A stretch of 20,797 nt of DNA from an uncultured virus (IMG/VR IMGVR_UViG_2811995097_000007) (Duplodnaviria; Heunggongvirae; Uroviricota; Caudoviricetes): the IMG/VR virus record IMGVR_UViG_2811995097_000007. One strand, 5' to 3'. Numbering within the stretch: the stretch's first letter is position 1; each line of letters begins with the position of its first letter. This document shows positions 6,656 to 15,124 of this stretch, piece by piece. The translations under genes were made by a program, and so were the position numbers. The notes under the pieces are model-generated. The model was not told the DNA's origin. It saw nothing but the letters and a program-made list of their open reading frames with translations, and searched no databases.

Positions 6656-8374
6656 ATGAAAGCGAACCTCGGCGAATTGGATGCCCTGCGCGATCTGGCG
6701 CACCGGCTGGACGAAGCTGGCCACGGTGAGCGCAAGCCCCTGGTGGAACAGGTGGGCAAGCTGCTCAACTGCTCGGAACAGACCGTCTATCGCAAGCTGA
6801 AAAAGCTGGTGGGCTGGACCTCTGGCCGCAAGCGCCGCAAGGACTCCGGCAAAATGACCGTATCCGAGGACACGGCCAAGGCAGTTGCCCACCTGATGCA
6901 CAAGTCCACCCGTAAGAACGGCAAGCGGACCATGCCCATGACCGTGGCATGCAGTGCGCTGCGCGAGTCCGGGTTCGACGAGGCAAAGGTCTCCACCACG
7001 ACAATCAGCCGGGCCATGCGCCGCTATCGCTGCCACCCGGACATGCTCAAACAAGGCAAACCCTACGTCAATATGCGCTCATTACATCCCAACCATGTGT
7101 GGCAGGTGGACCCGTCAATCTGCGTTTTGTTTTACCTGCCCAAAGGCGGCATGGCCGTCATGGAAGAGGGCAAGTTCTACAAGAACAAGCCGGGCAATAT
7201 GAAGAAGGTCGAGAAGGAACGGATATGGCGTTACGTCATTACCGACCACTACTCCGGCACCATCTATGTCCGTTACGTCCAGTCAGCCGGTGAAACCGCG
7301 CAGGGCCTGGTGGACGTCCTCCTGGACGCCATGTCTGTTCGCGGCCTGAATGACCCCATGAACGGCGCACCGTTCCTGCTTGGCCTTGACCCTGGAAGCG
7401 CCAACACCGCCTTCCTCTTCAAGCACCTGTGCGAACGCCTGGGCATCGAACTCCTTGTCCATATGCCGGGCAACCCACGCGCCAAGGGCCAAGTGGAATG
7501 CGCCAACAACATCGTTGAGACGCAATTCGAGTCGCGGCTCGGTTTCATGAACGTCCAGAGCGTGGAAGAGCTGCAACAGAAAGCGGACCAGTGGCGGCAG
7601 CACTACAACGCCACAGCTATCCACAGCCGCACCAGCAAGACACGCAACGACGTCTGGCTGACCATTGCCGAGGATCAGCTCCGCCTGATCCCGGCCTTGG
7701 AACTCTGCCGCGAACTGGTCACCACCAAGCCCAAGGAGGCCACGGTGGATTCCAACCTCTCCATAACCCACGCCATCAAGGGCTTTGGCCGCAACACCTA
7801 CGACCTGCGCCAGCTGCCCGGCCTCGTGCCGAAGATGAAGGTGGACGTGGTGGTGAACCCGTACCGCGCCCCTGCGGTGGACGTGATCATTCACGATCCG
7901 TCCCTGCCGGAAGCCCCGGTCTGGACCGTGGAGCCGAAGGACATGGACGAAGCGGGATTCTGGAAGGACGCCCCGGTCTATGGCCAGGAGTACCAGAGCA
8001 AGCCCGACACCCTGGCGGACAAGACCGTCAAGGAGATCGACGAAAAGGCTGGCCCCGATCCCAAGCACATCCTGGCGCCGGAAGGCGTGGACGTGATGGC
8101 GGACGTCAAGCCCGCGCCGGACTACCTGCCCAAGCGTGGCCGGGACATCGGCGTGGACGCCAGCAAGCGCGAACTCGCGCCGTACACCGTGGTGGAGGCA
8201 GCCCGGATGCTCAAGCAGCGCCTGGGAGACGAGTGGAACGCAGAAGCCTACGCATTTCTCCAGCAGCGTTACCCGGACGGAGTGCCGGTGATGGAGCTGG
8301 ACGACATAGCCGCACGGCTCGGCAAACCCGAAGTGGCCGCTGCGCCGCTTAAACTGGTCGTAAACGAGGGCTAA
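6656..8374 (+). CDS. DDE transposase (phage transposase A)
   Basis: rve-type catalytic segments HPNHVWQVD, LGLDPGSAN and NPRAKGQVE. N-terminal HTH-like region. 572 aa. Confidence 0.95.
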   Translation: MKANLGELDALRDLAHRLDEAGHGERKPLVEQVGKLLNCSEQTVYRKLKKLVGWTSGRKRRKDSGKMTVSEDTAKAVAHLMHKSTRKNGKRTMPMTVACSALRESGFDEAKVSTTTISRAMRRYRCHPDMLKQGKPYVNMRSLHPNHVWQVDPSICVLFYLPKGGMAVMEEGKFYKNKPGNMKKVEKERIWRYVITDHYSGTIYVRYVQSAGETAQGLVDVLLDAMSVRGLNDPMNGAPFLLGLDPGSANTAFLFKHLCERLGIELLVHMPGNPRAKGQVECANNIVETQFESRLGFMNVQSVEELQQKADQWRQHYNATAIHSRTSKTRNDVWLTIAEDQLRLIPALELCRELVTTKPKEATVDSNLSITHAIKGFGRNTYDLRQLPGLVPKMKVDVVVNPYRAPAVDVIIHDPSLPEAPVWTVEPKDMDEAGFWKDAPVYGQEYQSKPDTLADKTVKEIDEKAGPDPKHILAPEGVDVMADVKPAPDYLPKRGRDIGVDASKRELAPYTVVEAARMLKQRLGDEWNAEAYAFLQQRYPDGVPVMELDDIAARLGKPEVAAAPLKLVVNEG

Positions 8375-8377
8375 ACC

Positions 8378-9532
8378 ATGACCAAATTGAAGGAGTTACT
8401 TGAAAAGAATGGAGTCTCACAGCGCAAGCTGGCGCGGGAGTTGGAACTCTCCCCGGCTGCTGTGAACAGCATTGTCAATCAAGACGAGTGGCCCAAACGC
8501 GCCGACAAGAAGGCACTCCAGGCCACCATCAGGAAACAGCTGCGCAAGGCTGGAGCGAACGAAAACAAGGTCAAGCACCTGTTCCGAAAGACCCGCGCCC
8601 AAATAGTCAAACCCACTGAGAAGGAGGATGATTTCATGTTGTTGAGAAAGCAGGGGCTGTACCCCGAAACCAAGAGGCACTTCAAGCTGGCGGCCAATCC
8701 CTTTGAAGAGATTCGCGGCAATGAGGACGTGTTCCTTTCTAACGAGATCAGGTACGTCCGGGAAAGCCTCTGGCACACCGCACGGCATGGCGGCTTCATG
8801 GCCGTGGTCGGCGAATCCGGCTCCGGCAAGTCCACGCTGCGCCGTGACCTTTGTGACCGGATCGCCCGCGAAGGCCAGCAGGTCCATGTGATGGAGCCGT
8901 ATGTGCTCGGCATGGAAGACAACGACAAGAACGGCAAGACGCTCAAGGCGTTGCACATTGCCGAGTCCATCATGTCCACGGTCAAGCCTCTGGAGCGCAT
9001 TCTCTCCAGCCCGGAAGCCAGGTTCCGCCAGGTTCACAAGACCCTGCGCGAAAGCCGCCGCTCCGGTTGGTCGCACTGCCTCATCATTGAGGAAGCCCAC
9101 GCACTGCCCATTCCGACCATCAAGCACCTCAAGCGCTTCCTGGAGCTGGAAGACGGGTTCCGCAAGCTCATCTCCATCGTTCTGCTCGGCCAGCCCGAAC
9201 TCATGCAGAAACTGAGCGAATCCAGCCCCGAAGTGCGCGAGGTCGTACAGCGCTGCGAGGTGGTGGAGCTGGCCCCGATGAACGGCAGCTTGCCCAAGTT
9301 CGTGGATTTCAAATTCGAGCGCGTTGGCGCGACCCCCGCCGAGATCATCACCACCGATGCGGTGGAGGCGATCCGCGCCAAGTTGACCGGCCCGGCCTCC
9401 CGCTCCGGCGCTGGCGATTCCCTTTCCCTGGTCTACCCGCTGGCCGTGATCAATCTGCTCACCGCCGCCATGAACCTGGCTGCGGACATCGGCGCACCGA
9501 CCATCACCCCGGACATCATTGAACAGGTCTAG
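8378..9532 (+). CDS. Transposition ATPase (B protein; ExeA/AAA_22-like) with N-terminal HTH
   Basis: N-terminal HTH 'VSQRKLARELELSPAAVNSIVN', Walker A GESGSGKS, Walker B LIIEEAH, 'IVLLGQPEL'. Follows the transposase. Confidence 0.93.
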   Translation: MTKLKELLEKNGVSQRKLARELELSPAAVNSIVNQDEWPKRADKKALQATIRKQLRKAGANENKVKHLFRKTRAQIVKPTEKEDDFMLLRKQGLYPETKRHFKLAANPFEEIRGNEDVFLSNEIRYVRESLWHTARHGGFMAVVGESGSGKSTLRRDLCDRIAREGQQVHVMEPYVLGMEDNDKNGKTLKALHIAESIMSTVKPLERILSSPEARFRQVHKTLRESRRSGWSHCLIIEEAHALPIPTIKHLKRFLELEDGFRKLISIVLLGQPELMQKLSESSPEVREVVQRCEVVELAPMNGSLPKFVDFKFERVGATPAEIITTDAVEAIRAKLTGPASRSGAGDSLSLVYPLAVINLLTAAMNLAADIGAPTITPDIIEQV

Positions 9533-9540
9533 GAGGCAAC

Positions 9541-9795
9541 ATGAAGCTCACGCCCATTCAGGACATGAACGATACCCGCAGACAGACCCAAAATCAGGCA
9601 TGGCCCTGGAACGCTCAGGGCCTCATTGGCAGCAAGATCGCCGGACAGGCGCTTGCACTGAAAGGACTGATCCAGCGCGATATGGCCAGCCGGACCATTG
9701 AGGAGGCAAACCGTATCTGCGACGCGATCATCACAACCGCAGAACAGGTTGAAAACCTGGAGCATGCACCGCTTATCGGAGGAACACATGGATAA
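9541..9795 (+). CDS. Hypothetical early protein, 84 aa
   Basis: AGGAGG RBS; fills the gap between the ATPase and DUF3164. Confidence 0.7.
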   Translation: MKLTPIQDMNDTRRQTQNQAWPWNAQGLIGSKIAGQALALKGLIQRDMASRTIEEANRICDAIITTAEQVENLEHAPLIGGTHG

Positions 9796-10393
9796 CGTTG
9801 AACACATGGTTAATGGCAAAGGCCATCTGGTTCCTGTGGAACAGGTGTCGGATTACGACAAGGCTAAAAACGATCTGGTCATAGAGACTATTGATGAGGT
9901 CGAAAGCCTCCAAGCCGTATTGAAGGAATTCAAAACGGCCATCCTGGGCAATGTCGCCGCATTCATGGAGATCGCGGCGGAGAAGTATGGAGCCAAGGTG
10001 GGCGGCAAAAAAGGCAACGTCCAGTTGCTTAGTTATGACGGCAACCTCCGGGTGCAGCTGGCTGTAGCCGAGTTCCTGACTTTTGACGAACGGCTCCAGG
10101 TCGCCAAGTCTCTGGTGGATGAATGCCTGAACGAGTGGACCGAAGACTCCCGGCCCGAAGTCCGCACCCTGGTGAACATGGCCTTTGAGGTGGACAAGCA
10201 GGGCAACGTATCTCCTTCCAAGATTCAGCCGTTGCTCAAGCTCGAAATCCATGACGAGAAATGGCAACGCGCCATGGCCGCGATCCGCGACAGCCTCACC
10301 GTCCAGTACAGCAAGCAATATATCCGCTTCCACCGACGCTCCGGCCCGGAAGGCAAGTGGGAATCCATCCCGCTGGATATAGCGGCACTGTAG
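9788..10393 (+). CDS. DUF3164 family Mu-like phage protein
   Basis: 'GHLVP', 'GGKKGNVQLLSYDG', 'FDERLQVAKSLVDECLNEW', 'KQYIRF', 'IPLDIA'. GGAGG before ATG 9788. Confidence 0.88.
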   Translation: MDNVEHMVNGKGHLVPVEQVSDYDKAKNDLVIETIDEVESLQAVLKEFKTAILGNVAAFMEIAAEKYGAKVGGKKGNVQLLSYDGNLRVQLAVAEFLTFDERLQVAKSLVDECLNEWTEDSRPEVRTLVNMAFEVDKQGNVSPSKIQPLLKLEIHDEKWQRAMAAIRDSLTVQYSKQYIRFHRRSGPEGKWESIPLDIAAL

Positions 10394-10416
10394 GAAATCA
10401 GTTCCAGGAGTGACCT

Positions 10417-10707
10417 ATGAATAACGCACCACGTTTCAAAAAGGATTACCCCGGCAAAACTGTCATGCTGTTCCGCAATGCGCCGGAAGATCGTTCCAAC
10501 CTGTTTACGGAAGGCGCGACGGCAAGGGTGGAGCGACGAGTCAAGGCTGAGGAGACCAAACTTGGCCACTGGCCGCTTCCCGGTGACGGTGCAAGCTGGT
10601 GGCTTCGTCTTGAAATTCGATGCCCACATTGCAACGCGCACCATCAGGCGTTCGTGCCTGAATCCTGGATTGAACAGGGATTAATAGTGTTCAAGGTGGA
10701 GGATTGA
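10417..10707 (+). CDS. Hypothetical protein with CxxC (CPHC)
   Basis: AGGAG RBS; operon context. Confidence 0.65.
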   Translation: MNNAPRFKKDYPGKTVMLFRNAPEDRSNLFTEGATARVERRVKAEETKLGHWPLPGDGASWWLRLEIRCPHCNAHHQAFVPESWIEQGLIVFKVED

Positions 10708-10895
10708 TGCCCAGGTTCAGAGTCACCACGGATAACGGTCACCTTGTGATCCACGACAACAACGAGGGGCGGCCCGTGGTGGCTATCCTGCCTAACACAA
10801 AGAACCCCAACGCGCCGCTCAACATCGCCAAGGTATGCAGTGAAAAGCTGAACGAGGTTTGGGAAGCGCACGAGAAGAAGGAGCAAAGCAAATGA
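10707..10895 (+). CDS. Hypothetical small protein
   Basis: GGAGG RBS and TGATG coupling to the upstream gene. Confidence 0.65.
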   Translation: MPRFRVTTDNGHLVIHDNNEGRPVVAILPNTKNPNAPLNIAKVCSEKLNEVWEAHEKKEQSK

Positions 10896-11146
10896 AATAC
10901 ACAGCCGAGATCAGCAAGAAAGTGATGAAAACCATCACCATCGAAGTTCCCGACCATGTGACCGAAGAAGACGTCAAAGAGTTCACCGACGAAGCCATAG
11001 ATGACCTCTTTGATCTTGAAGATTACCAGGGCACGGTCAAGTGGCAGGAAGATGATTTCTTCGACTCTCCCGTGGATATGACTTTGGTGGCAAGCGACGA
11101 TGGCCACGAATACGAACTGGACGGATTCGGCCAGGCCGAAGCGTAG
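10892..11146 (+). CDS. Small, highly acidic protein, 84 aa
   Basis: AAGGAG RBS, ATGA overlap. By hand count 25 Asp/Glu versus 6 Lys and 0 Arg. Confidence 0.75.
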   Translation: MKYTAEISKKVMKTITIEVPDHVTEEDVKEFTDEAIDDLFDLEDYQGTVKWQEDDFFDSPVDMTLVASDDGHEYELDGFGQAEA

Positions 11147-11221
11147 TCCATCAAAGGTAGGGCAACCCCGGTTGTCCTGTCGAATGATGGAGCTACTTAA
11201 TCAAACAATAGCGAGGTAGAG

Positions 11222-11656
11222 ATGAACGTTAAGTGCAAAAAGGGAATCATGCCCGCCCGTCCGTTGTGCTTCGGCAGCCATGCCATCAACGAAAAGAATG
11301 AACGGCGCACCTGCATGGAAACTTGTGAACATGAGTTCGAGTGCTTTCATGGAAGCACCATGCTGGCCCCGTCCGATCTGGAGCTGGCACAGGCCCTGAA
11401 TCGTGTTCTCTTGCGTGAGAATGGCCAACTTGCGGCACTGGTTCATACAGGCCGCATGCGAGACATTGAAGTCATTGGTTGGCTTGCTGAGATTTGTGAG
11501 CGCAACGACACCCACGTTGATTCCATAGATTCGAGCGACATGCCCATTGAAGACGTGAGCCTTGGCGATTTGCGCGGCCTTTGTCTCACGGCTCACAGCG
11601 TCATTTTTGCCCAGGGGAGAATGAAACGCGCAGCCCGGATCATACCGCGCTCATAA
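11222..11656 (+). CDS. Hypothetical protein, Cys-rich N-terminus
   Basis: GAGGT RBS; 144-aa ORF in operon orientation. Confidence 0.65.
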   Translation: MNVKCKKGIMPARPLCFGSHAINEKNERRTCMETCEHEFECFHGSTMLAPSDLELAQALNRVLLRENGQLAALVHTGRMRDIEVIGWLAEICERNDTHVDSIDSSDMPIEDVSLGDLRGLCLTAHSVIFAQGRMKRAARIIPRS

Positions 11657-11747
11657 CGACATGAGCGACCATTACCGCTGCAAACTCTGCGGAGCGTCAT
11701 GGATATATGACCCGCCCTGCGGATGCGAAGAAGAGAAGGAGCAAACC

Positions 11748-12203
11748 ATGGCAATGACAAACAAGGGTAAGCAATGGAGGACAAGCCTGATCAGGAAGGC
11801 CAAGACCATCCAGAACCAGGTTCTCCATATGTCGGCAGAGGATTACGAAACCATGCTGCTGGTGCGCTACAACAAGAGTTCCACGGCTGACCTATCTATT
11901 AATGAATTGAAAGACCTCTGCGCCTATCTGGACACCCTCACAGGTAAAGAGCCTGACAAGAAGCAACCGCCCAAGGTTGATCCCCAGGCCCGAAAAATAT
12001 GGAAGCTCTGGCAGGAGCTGCACGAGATCGGCGCTGTGCGCGATCCTAGTGCCAAAGCCCTCAACGCCTTCATCAAGAATCGTTGCAACATCTCTGTGGA
12101 GTCCTACACCTGGCTCAGTTCCCACCAGGCCAGTGACGTTATCGAAATACTCAAGCAGTGGTTGAAGCGAGTAGAGCGGAAGAATCAGACAGTCAATGGA
12201 TAG
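11748..12203 (+). CDS. gemA: GemA / gp16 (DUF1018) regulatory protein
   Basis: 'DYETMLLVRYNKSSTADLSINEL', 'RKIWKLW...ALNAFIK...WL...ASDVIEILKQW'. AAGGAG before ATG 11748. The ORF is also open from 11661. Adjacent to mor. Confidence 0.82.
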   Translation: MAMTNKGKQWRTSLIRKAKTIQNQVLHMSAEDYETMLLVRYNKSSTADLSINELKDLCAYLDTLTGKEPDKKQPPKVDPQARKIWKLWQELHEIGAVRDPSAKALNAFIKNRCNISVESYTWLSSHQASDVIEILKQWLKRVERKNQTVNG

Positions 12204-12209
12204 GTAAGC

Positions 12210-12557
12210 ATGAGCGATACGAGAAAGCCCGCCACGGCACTTTTGAATGACCTGGCTGACCACCTGGCCGAGAAGGCCCACAAAGACCTTAACATCCCCA
12301 GGGCGAAGGCCAAAGAGTTCAGCGAGGACACCACGGCCTATATCGCCGATCTGTGGGGCGGTCAGATTCTGTACATCCCCAAGGACATGGCAGGACGTAT
12401 CTGCTCAAGAGACGCCAAAATCTATGCTGACTTCGTTGGTGACAACCACTCCGAGCTGGCCCGTAAGTACGGGTTGTCTTTCCAGCACATCCACCGTATC
12501 ATCAAAAAAGAGCGGGAGAAGCGTAGCGTCAAGCAACACGATCTCCCGCTCGTCTAG
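12210..12557 (+). CDS. mor: Mor/C family transcription activator
   Basis: 'WGGQILYIPK...RDAKIYADFVGDNHSELARKYGLSFQHIHRII'. Confidence 0.92.
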   Translation: MSDTRKPATALLNDLADHLAEKAHKDLNIPRAKAKEFSEDTTAYIADLWGGQILYIPKDMAGRICSRDAKIYADFVGDNHSELARKYGLSFQHIHRIIKKEREKRSVKQHDLPLV

Positions 12558-12560
12558 GCT

Positions 12561-12675
12561 GTTTCAGTATGTGTAAAAGAGTTTCAGGAATGTCCGTCCC
12601 GGTATATCCCGTTTCTTCCCGGATAGTCCCGTTTATCTCACACCTACTACTTAGTTATAACGTGGGGTCTCAACA
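12561..12675. repeat. Candidate prophage end with phased repeats (transposase-binding region)
   Basis: GTTTCAG at 12561 and 12581. TCCCG at 12597, 12607, 12617 and 12627. TCTCA at 12636 and 12668. Ends in CA (12672 or 12675). Confidence 0.6.
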
Positions 12676-12728
12676 TCGGATTGACAGCTTTTGACAACCT
12701 GGGCATTCGCGCTCTCAAGGCTTCTTAT

Positions 12729-13313
12729 TTAATTTTCATATATGATTAATGCCTGAGCAATAAGGTCACACATGGGAGCCTCATCGGAGACTCCTTCAAT
12801 GCATGCAGCGAGCCAATCATCTGTTAGCTTCTCTACATCAAGGTCAAAGCCGGCGTTCTGAGCCAACAATGACAGAAAGTAACGCAAACATCGGCCGTTA
12901 CCTTCTCTGAAAGGATGTGCCATATTCAGTTCTAAAACGTAATGGGCAGCTCGTTCTACGAAATCCTGTGGGGAAAGCCCCTTCAACTTGTTCTCATTAG
13001 ATAGATTTTTTAGAAGTGAAGTGACCACATTCTCAATAAAACGAGGGTTGGCGAACTGCGTGTTTCCCTTGCTAATAGAAACATTTCTTTCTTCTCCTGC
13101 CCAATCATAGACATCTTGAAAGAGATGAAGATGAAGGGATTTGAGGTGAGCATAATCAAATTTGCCCGCGGGTGGGTCCTCCATCATGCGGTTAGCAACA
13201 GAAAGGCGCTCGAATTTATCAAGCGCCTCCTGAGTTTTATGTCCGCCCTTACTCTTGAGGACCGAAGAATTGTGGTATGTATATGCGTCCCTATGCGCGT
13301 ATCGTGTTGTCAT
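12729..13313 (-). CDS. fic: Fic-family toxin (VbhT/FicT-like AMPylase)
   Basis: Canonical HPFREGNGR motif and 'LHLHLFQDVYDWAGEER.V.ISKG..FA'. Confidence 0.93.
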   Translation of the reverse strand: MTTRYAHRDAYTYHNSSVLKSKGGHKTQEALDKFERLSVANRMMEDPPAGKFDYAHLKSLHLHLFQDVYDWAGEERNVSISKGNTQFANPRFIENVVTSLLKNLSNENKLKGLSPQDFVERAAHYVLELNMAHPFREGNGRCLRYFLSLLAQNAGFDLDVEKLTDDWLAACIEGVSDEAPMCDLIAQALIIYEN

Positions 13314-13527
13314 AGTCAGGGAAACGCTCTTTTAAAAGGTTTGTGCGTTCTTCAATTGAACATCCCTTTTTGATGCACTCTTCAAAGACAGAGACTTCTT
13401 CCGCAGAAAGCTTCAATCCTTCTATCTCTAGAGAGGCTTTTGCATGCCTGAAGCGACGAGCCATGACTTCAACTTTAGTTCTTGGCCGTTTGTTCTTAGT
13501 GAAAGTGTATTTGCGCTTTTGAGTCAT
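13291..13527 (-). CDS. VbhA/FicA-like antitoxin
   Basis: 78 aa, overlaps the fic start, carries the inhibitory (S/T)xxxE(G/N) motif as SLEIEG. Confidence 0.85.
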   Translation of the reverse strand: MTQKRKYTFTKNKRPRTKVEVMARRFRHAKASLEIEGLKLSAEEVSVFEECIKKGCSIEERTNLLKERFPDYDNTIRA

Positions 13528-13762
13528 GCTAATACAATAATGCTTAGAGTAAGAAAAAGCAAACTCGCCATTATAAGAAAACCTTCAGCGGCTTTTTCGG
13601 TATGCCTTATGAGTGGGGGGGCAAATTGGCCAAAGAGTCTATTCGATTAATATGTAAAACTGGTGTGAGGCTATTGTCTGTAAGTCAGTGCCGTATAATT
13701 TAAGACCCAGACATACTTAAAATACGTATGGGTCTGTGTTTATTTTGGGATAAAATGACGAA

Positions 13763-15124
13763 TTATTGATCAATCATTTTTGCTGGAATTGATGCCTTCC
13801 TCAAAACGTCAGCAACATGACTAGACATACCAACGTGGCCTATCACATTTATGCCGGAACCGGTCTGAAGAGCTTGTTCTACTAGCGACCTTAGTTCTGA
13901 CAACCTACTTCCTACTTTGTACTCCAGCCAAGAAGAGGCTTCTCCTGGGACGATGATTCTTCCAGAACTGATGGAACGCCCTTTGTGGAGTTGAAGAATC
14001 CAAACTTGGCTGCCATCATGGGCCCATTCAAACCTAACGTCTTCTAAGGTCTTAGAGAGTACATCATACTGACTGTTCAAATCGGCAAGAACCTTCTCAG
14101 GGAGAGCTTCGGCTGCAATCTCTCCCTGCATGAAGCGGTCCCCAAATCCTCTAACTCCTTCAACTAACCGTTTCCCGTCTGCATCAGTAATTAAAGCCCC
14201 TGAATACAAAGACTCTACGCCCTCCTGGACAAGACATGAGGCTATCGAACGTCTTTCTGGATCGTCTGAATCCATTAAGGCATATGGGTCTTCCCAGCCT
14301 TGGACAGTAGTAAATCTTCCGGGCTCTTGAACTTTAGGACACGTTCGAGTCCATAAGGAACCAGAACCAGTAGGAGAGCCAAAAGTATAAATTGGTAATA
14401 GTGGATTCCTTGAGAAGGATGTAACCCTAGGAACAGGAGCTCCAAGCAAAGCTGCTACCAACAGTCCATATACTTTATCTCCGAGAAACTGACTAAATGG
14501 ATTCGGCCATACAAAATGGGGAGGAATGGAAATTTCCTCAAGCTCTTCAACTTCCCATATGATCGTATGCTGATGGCACCATCCTCGCGCCTTCGGATGA
14601 ATACTAAATTCAACCCGATGCCCTTCATGGTAGTCTAGATCGGGTCGAAAACCGTATACGATTTCCAACAAATCTAATGCCAATTTAATTGGCAACGAAG
14701 GAATTGGGGTATCGCTGTCCTTTTCAACAAACCGTGGCGTCACTCCTGGGGCAAACTCTATACAACCACCTTGAAGGGCTCCCGACACTCCCCCATCATC
14801 AACATCGATAGTTTCGTTGATGATGACAAAGAATCCTTCTGATGTGAGCCTCCTAATGTGAGCAAGAGCTATTGAAGAATCCTTAATTCCGTAATGAAAC
14901 TCATTCCCTTGAAGCTGGTCTGGCTTAAAACTGCGAACATTGATTGAAGCTTCCGGAGAGGCCCCAAGGAGGGCTTCAACTGCACTGATAGTGTTTTTGA
15001 ATTTGATATTGGCATTGTACCCAAAAACACGTGAGTAACGCTGATCTTCACCTGGGCCAAAGCTAACAAACTGAGCAACATTTGCGTTTGAAGCTAGTTG
15101 ATCAAGAACTTCATCTTTGTACAT
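13763..15124 (-). CDS. Protein with two PEP-synthase/PPDK-like ATP-grasp modules and a C-terminal phospho-His swivel-like motif (putative dikinase-type phosphotransferase)
   Basis: Second module: LVQEGV, YSGAL, LVEGVRGFGDRFMQGE, RFEWAHDGSQVWILQL. First module has parallel motifs (NVRSF, IINETI, VSGAL, IEFAPG, RVEFS, IIWEV). C-terminus GMSSHVADVLRKASIP resembles GxTSHAAIVARELGIP. Confidence 0.68.
   Translation of the reverse strand: MYKDEVLDQLASNANVAQFVSFGPGEDQRYSRVFGYNANIKFKNTISAVEALLGASPEASINVRSFKPDQLQGNEFHYGIKDSSIALAHIRRLTSEGFFVIINETIDVDDGGVSGALQGGCIEFAPGVTPRFVEKDSDTPIPSLPIKLALDLLEIVYGFRPDLDYHEGHRVEFSIHPKARGWCHQHTIIWEVEELEEISIPPHFVWPNPFSQFLGDKVYGLLVAALLGAPVPRVTSFSRNPLLPIYTFGSPTGSGSLWTRTCPKVQEPGRFTTVQGWEDPYALMDSDDPERRSIASCLVQEGVESLYSGALITDADGKRLVEGVRGFGDRFMQGEIAAEALPEKVLADLNSQYDVLSKTLEDVRFEWAHDGSQVWILQLHKGRSISSGRIIVPGEASSWLEYKVGSRLSELRSLVEQALQTGSGINVIGHVGMSSHVADVLRKASIPAKMIDQ

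Larger units (their letters stand above)
1..12675. mobile_element. Transposable (Mu-like, B3/BcepMu-type organisation) prophage, terminal part; continues beyond the left edge of the window
   Basis: Co-occurrence of DDE transposase, transposition ATPase, DUF3164, GemA, Mor/C, repressor with a divergent gp16-like gene, and a lysis cassette. GC content visibly drops after about 12.7 kb. The right boundary is inferred from a repeat cluster ending in ...TCTCAACA. Confidence 0.93.

Noticed and set aside
6287..9127. Long minus-strand ORFs (6287-7054, 7283-8068, 8417-9127) and plus-strand 7591-8352
   Set aside because: Shadows of the GC-rich transposase and ATPase genes, with no motifs or RBS.
12597..12640. 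Short periodic repeats as a possible CRISPR or iteron array
   Set aside because: Units are 5-20 bp with no spacers and no cas or rep gene. A phage end explains them better.
13703..13736. Imperfect hairpin downstream of the three-gene operon
   Set aside because: Bulged weak stem without a clear U-tract. It could be a terminator or att-related, but the evidence is insufficient.
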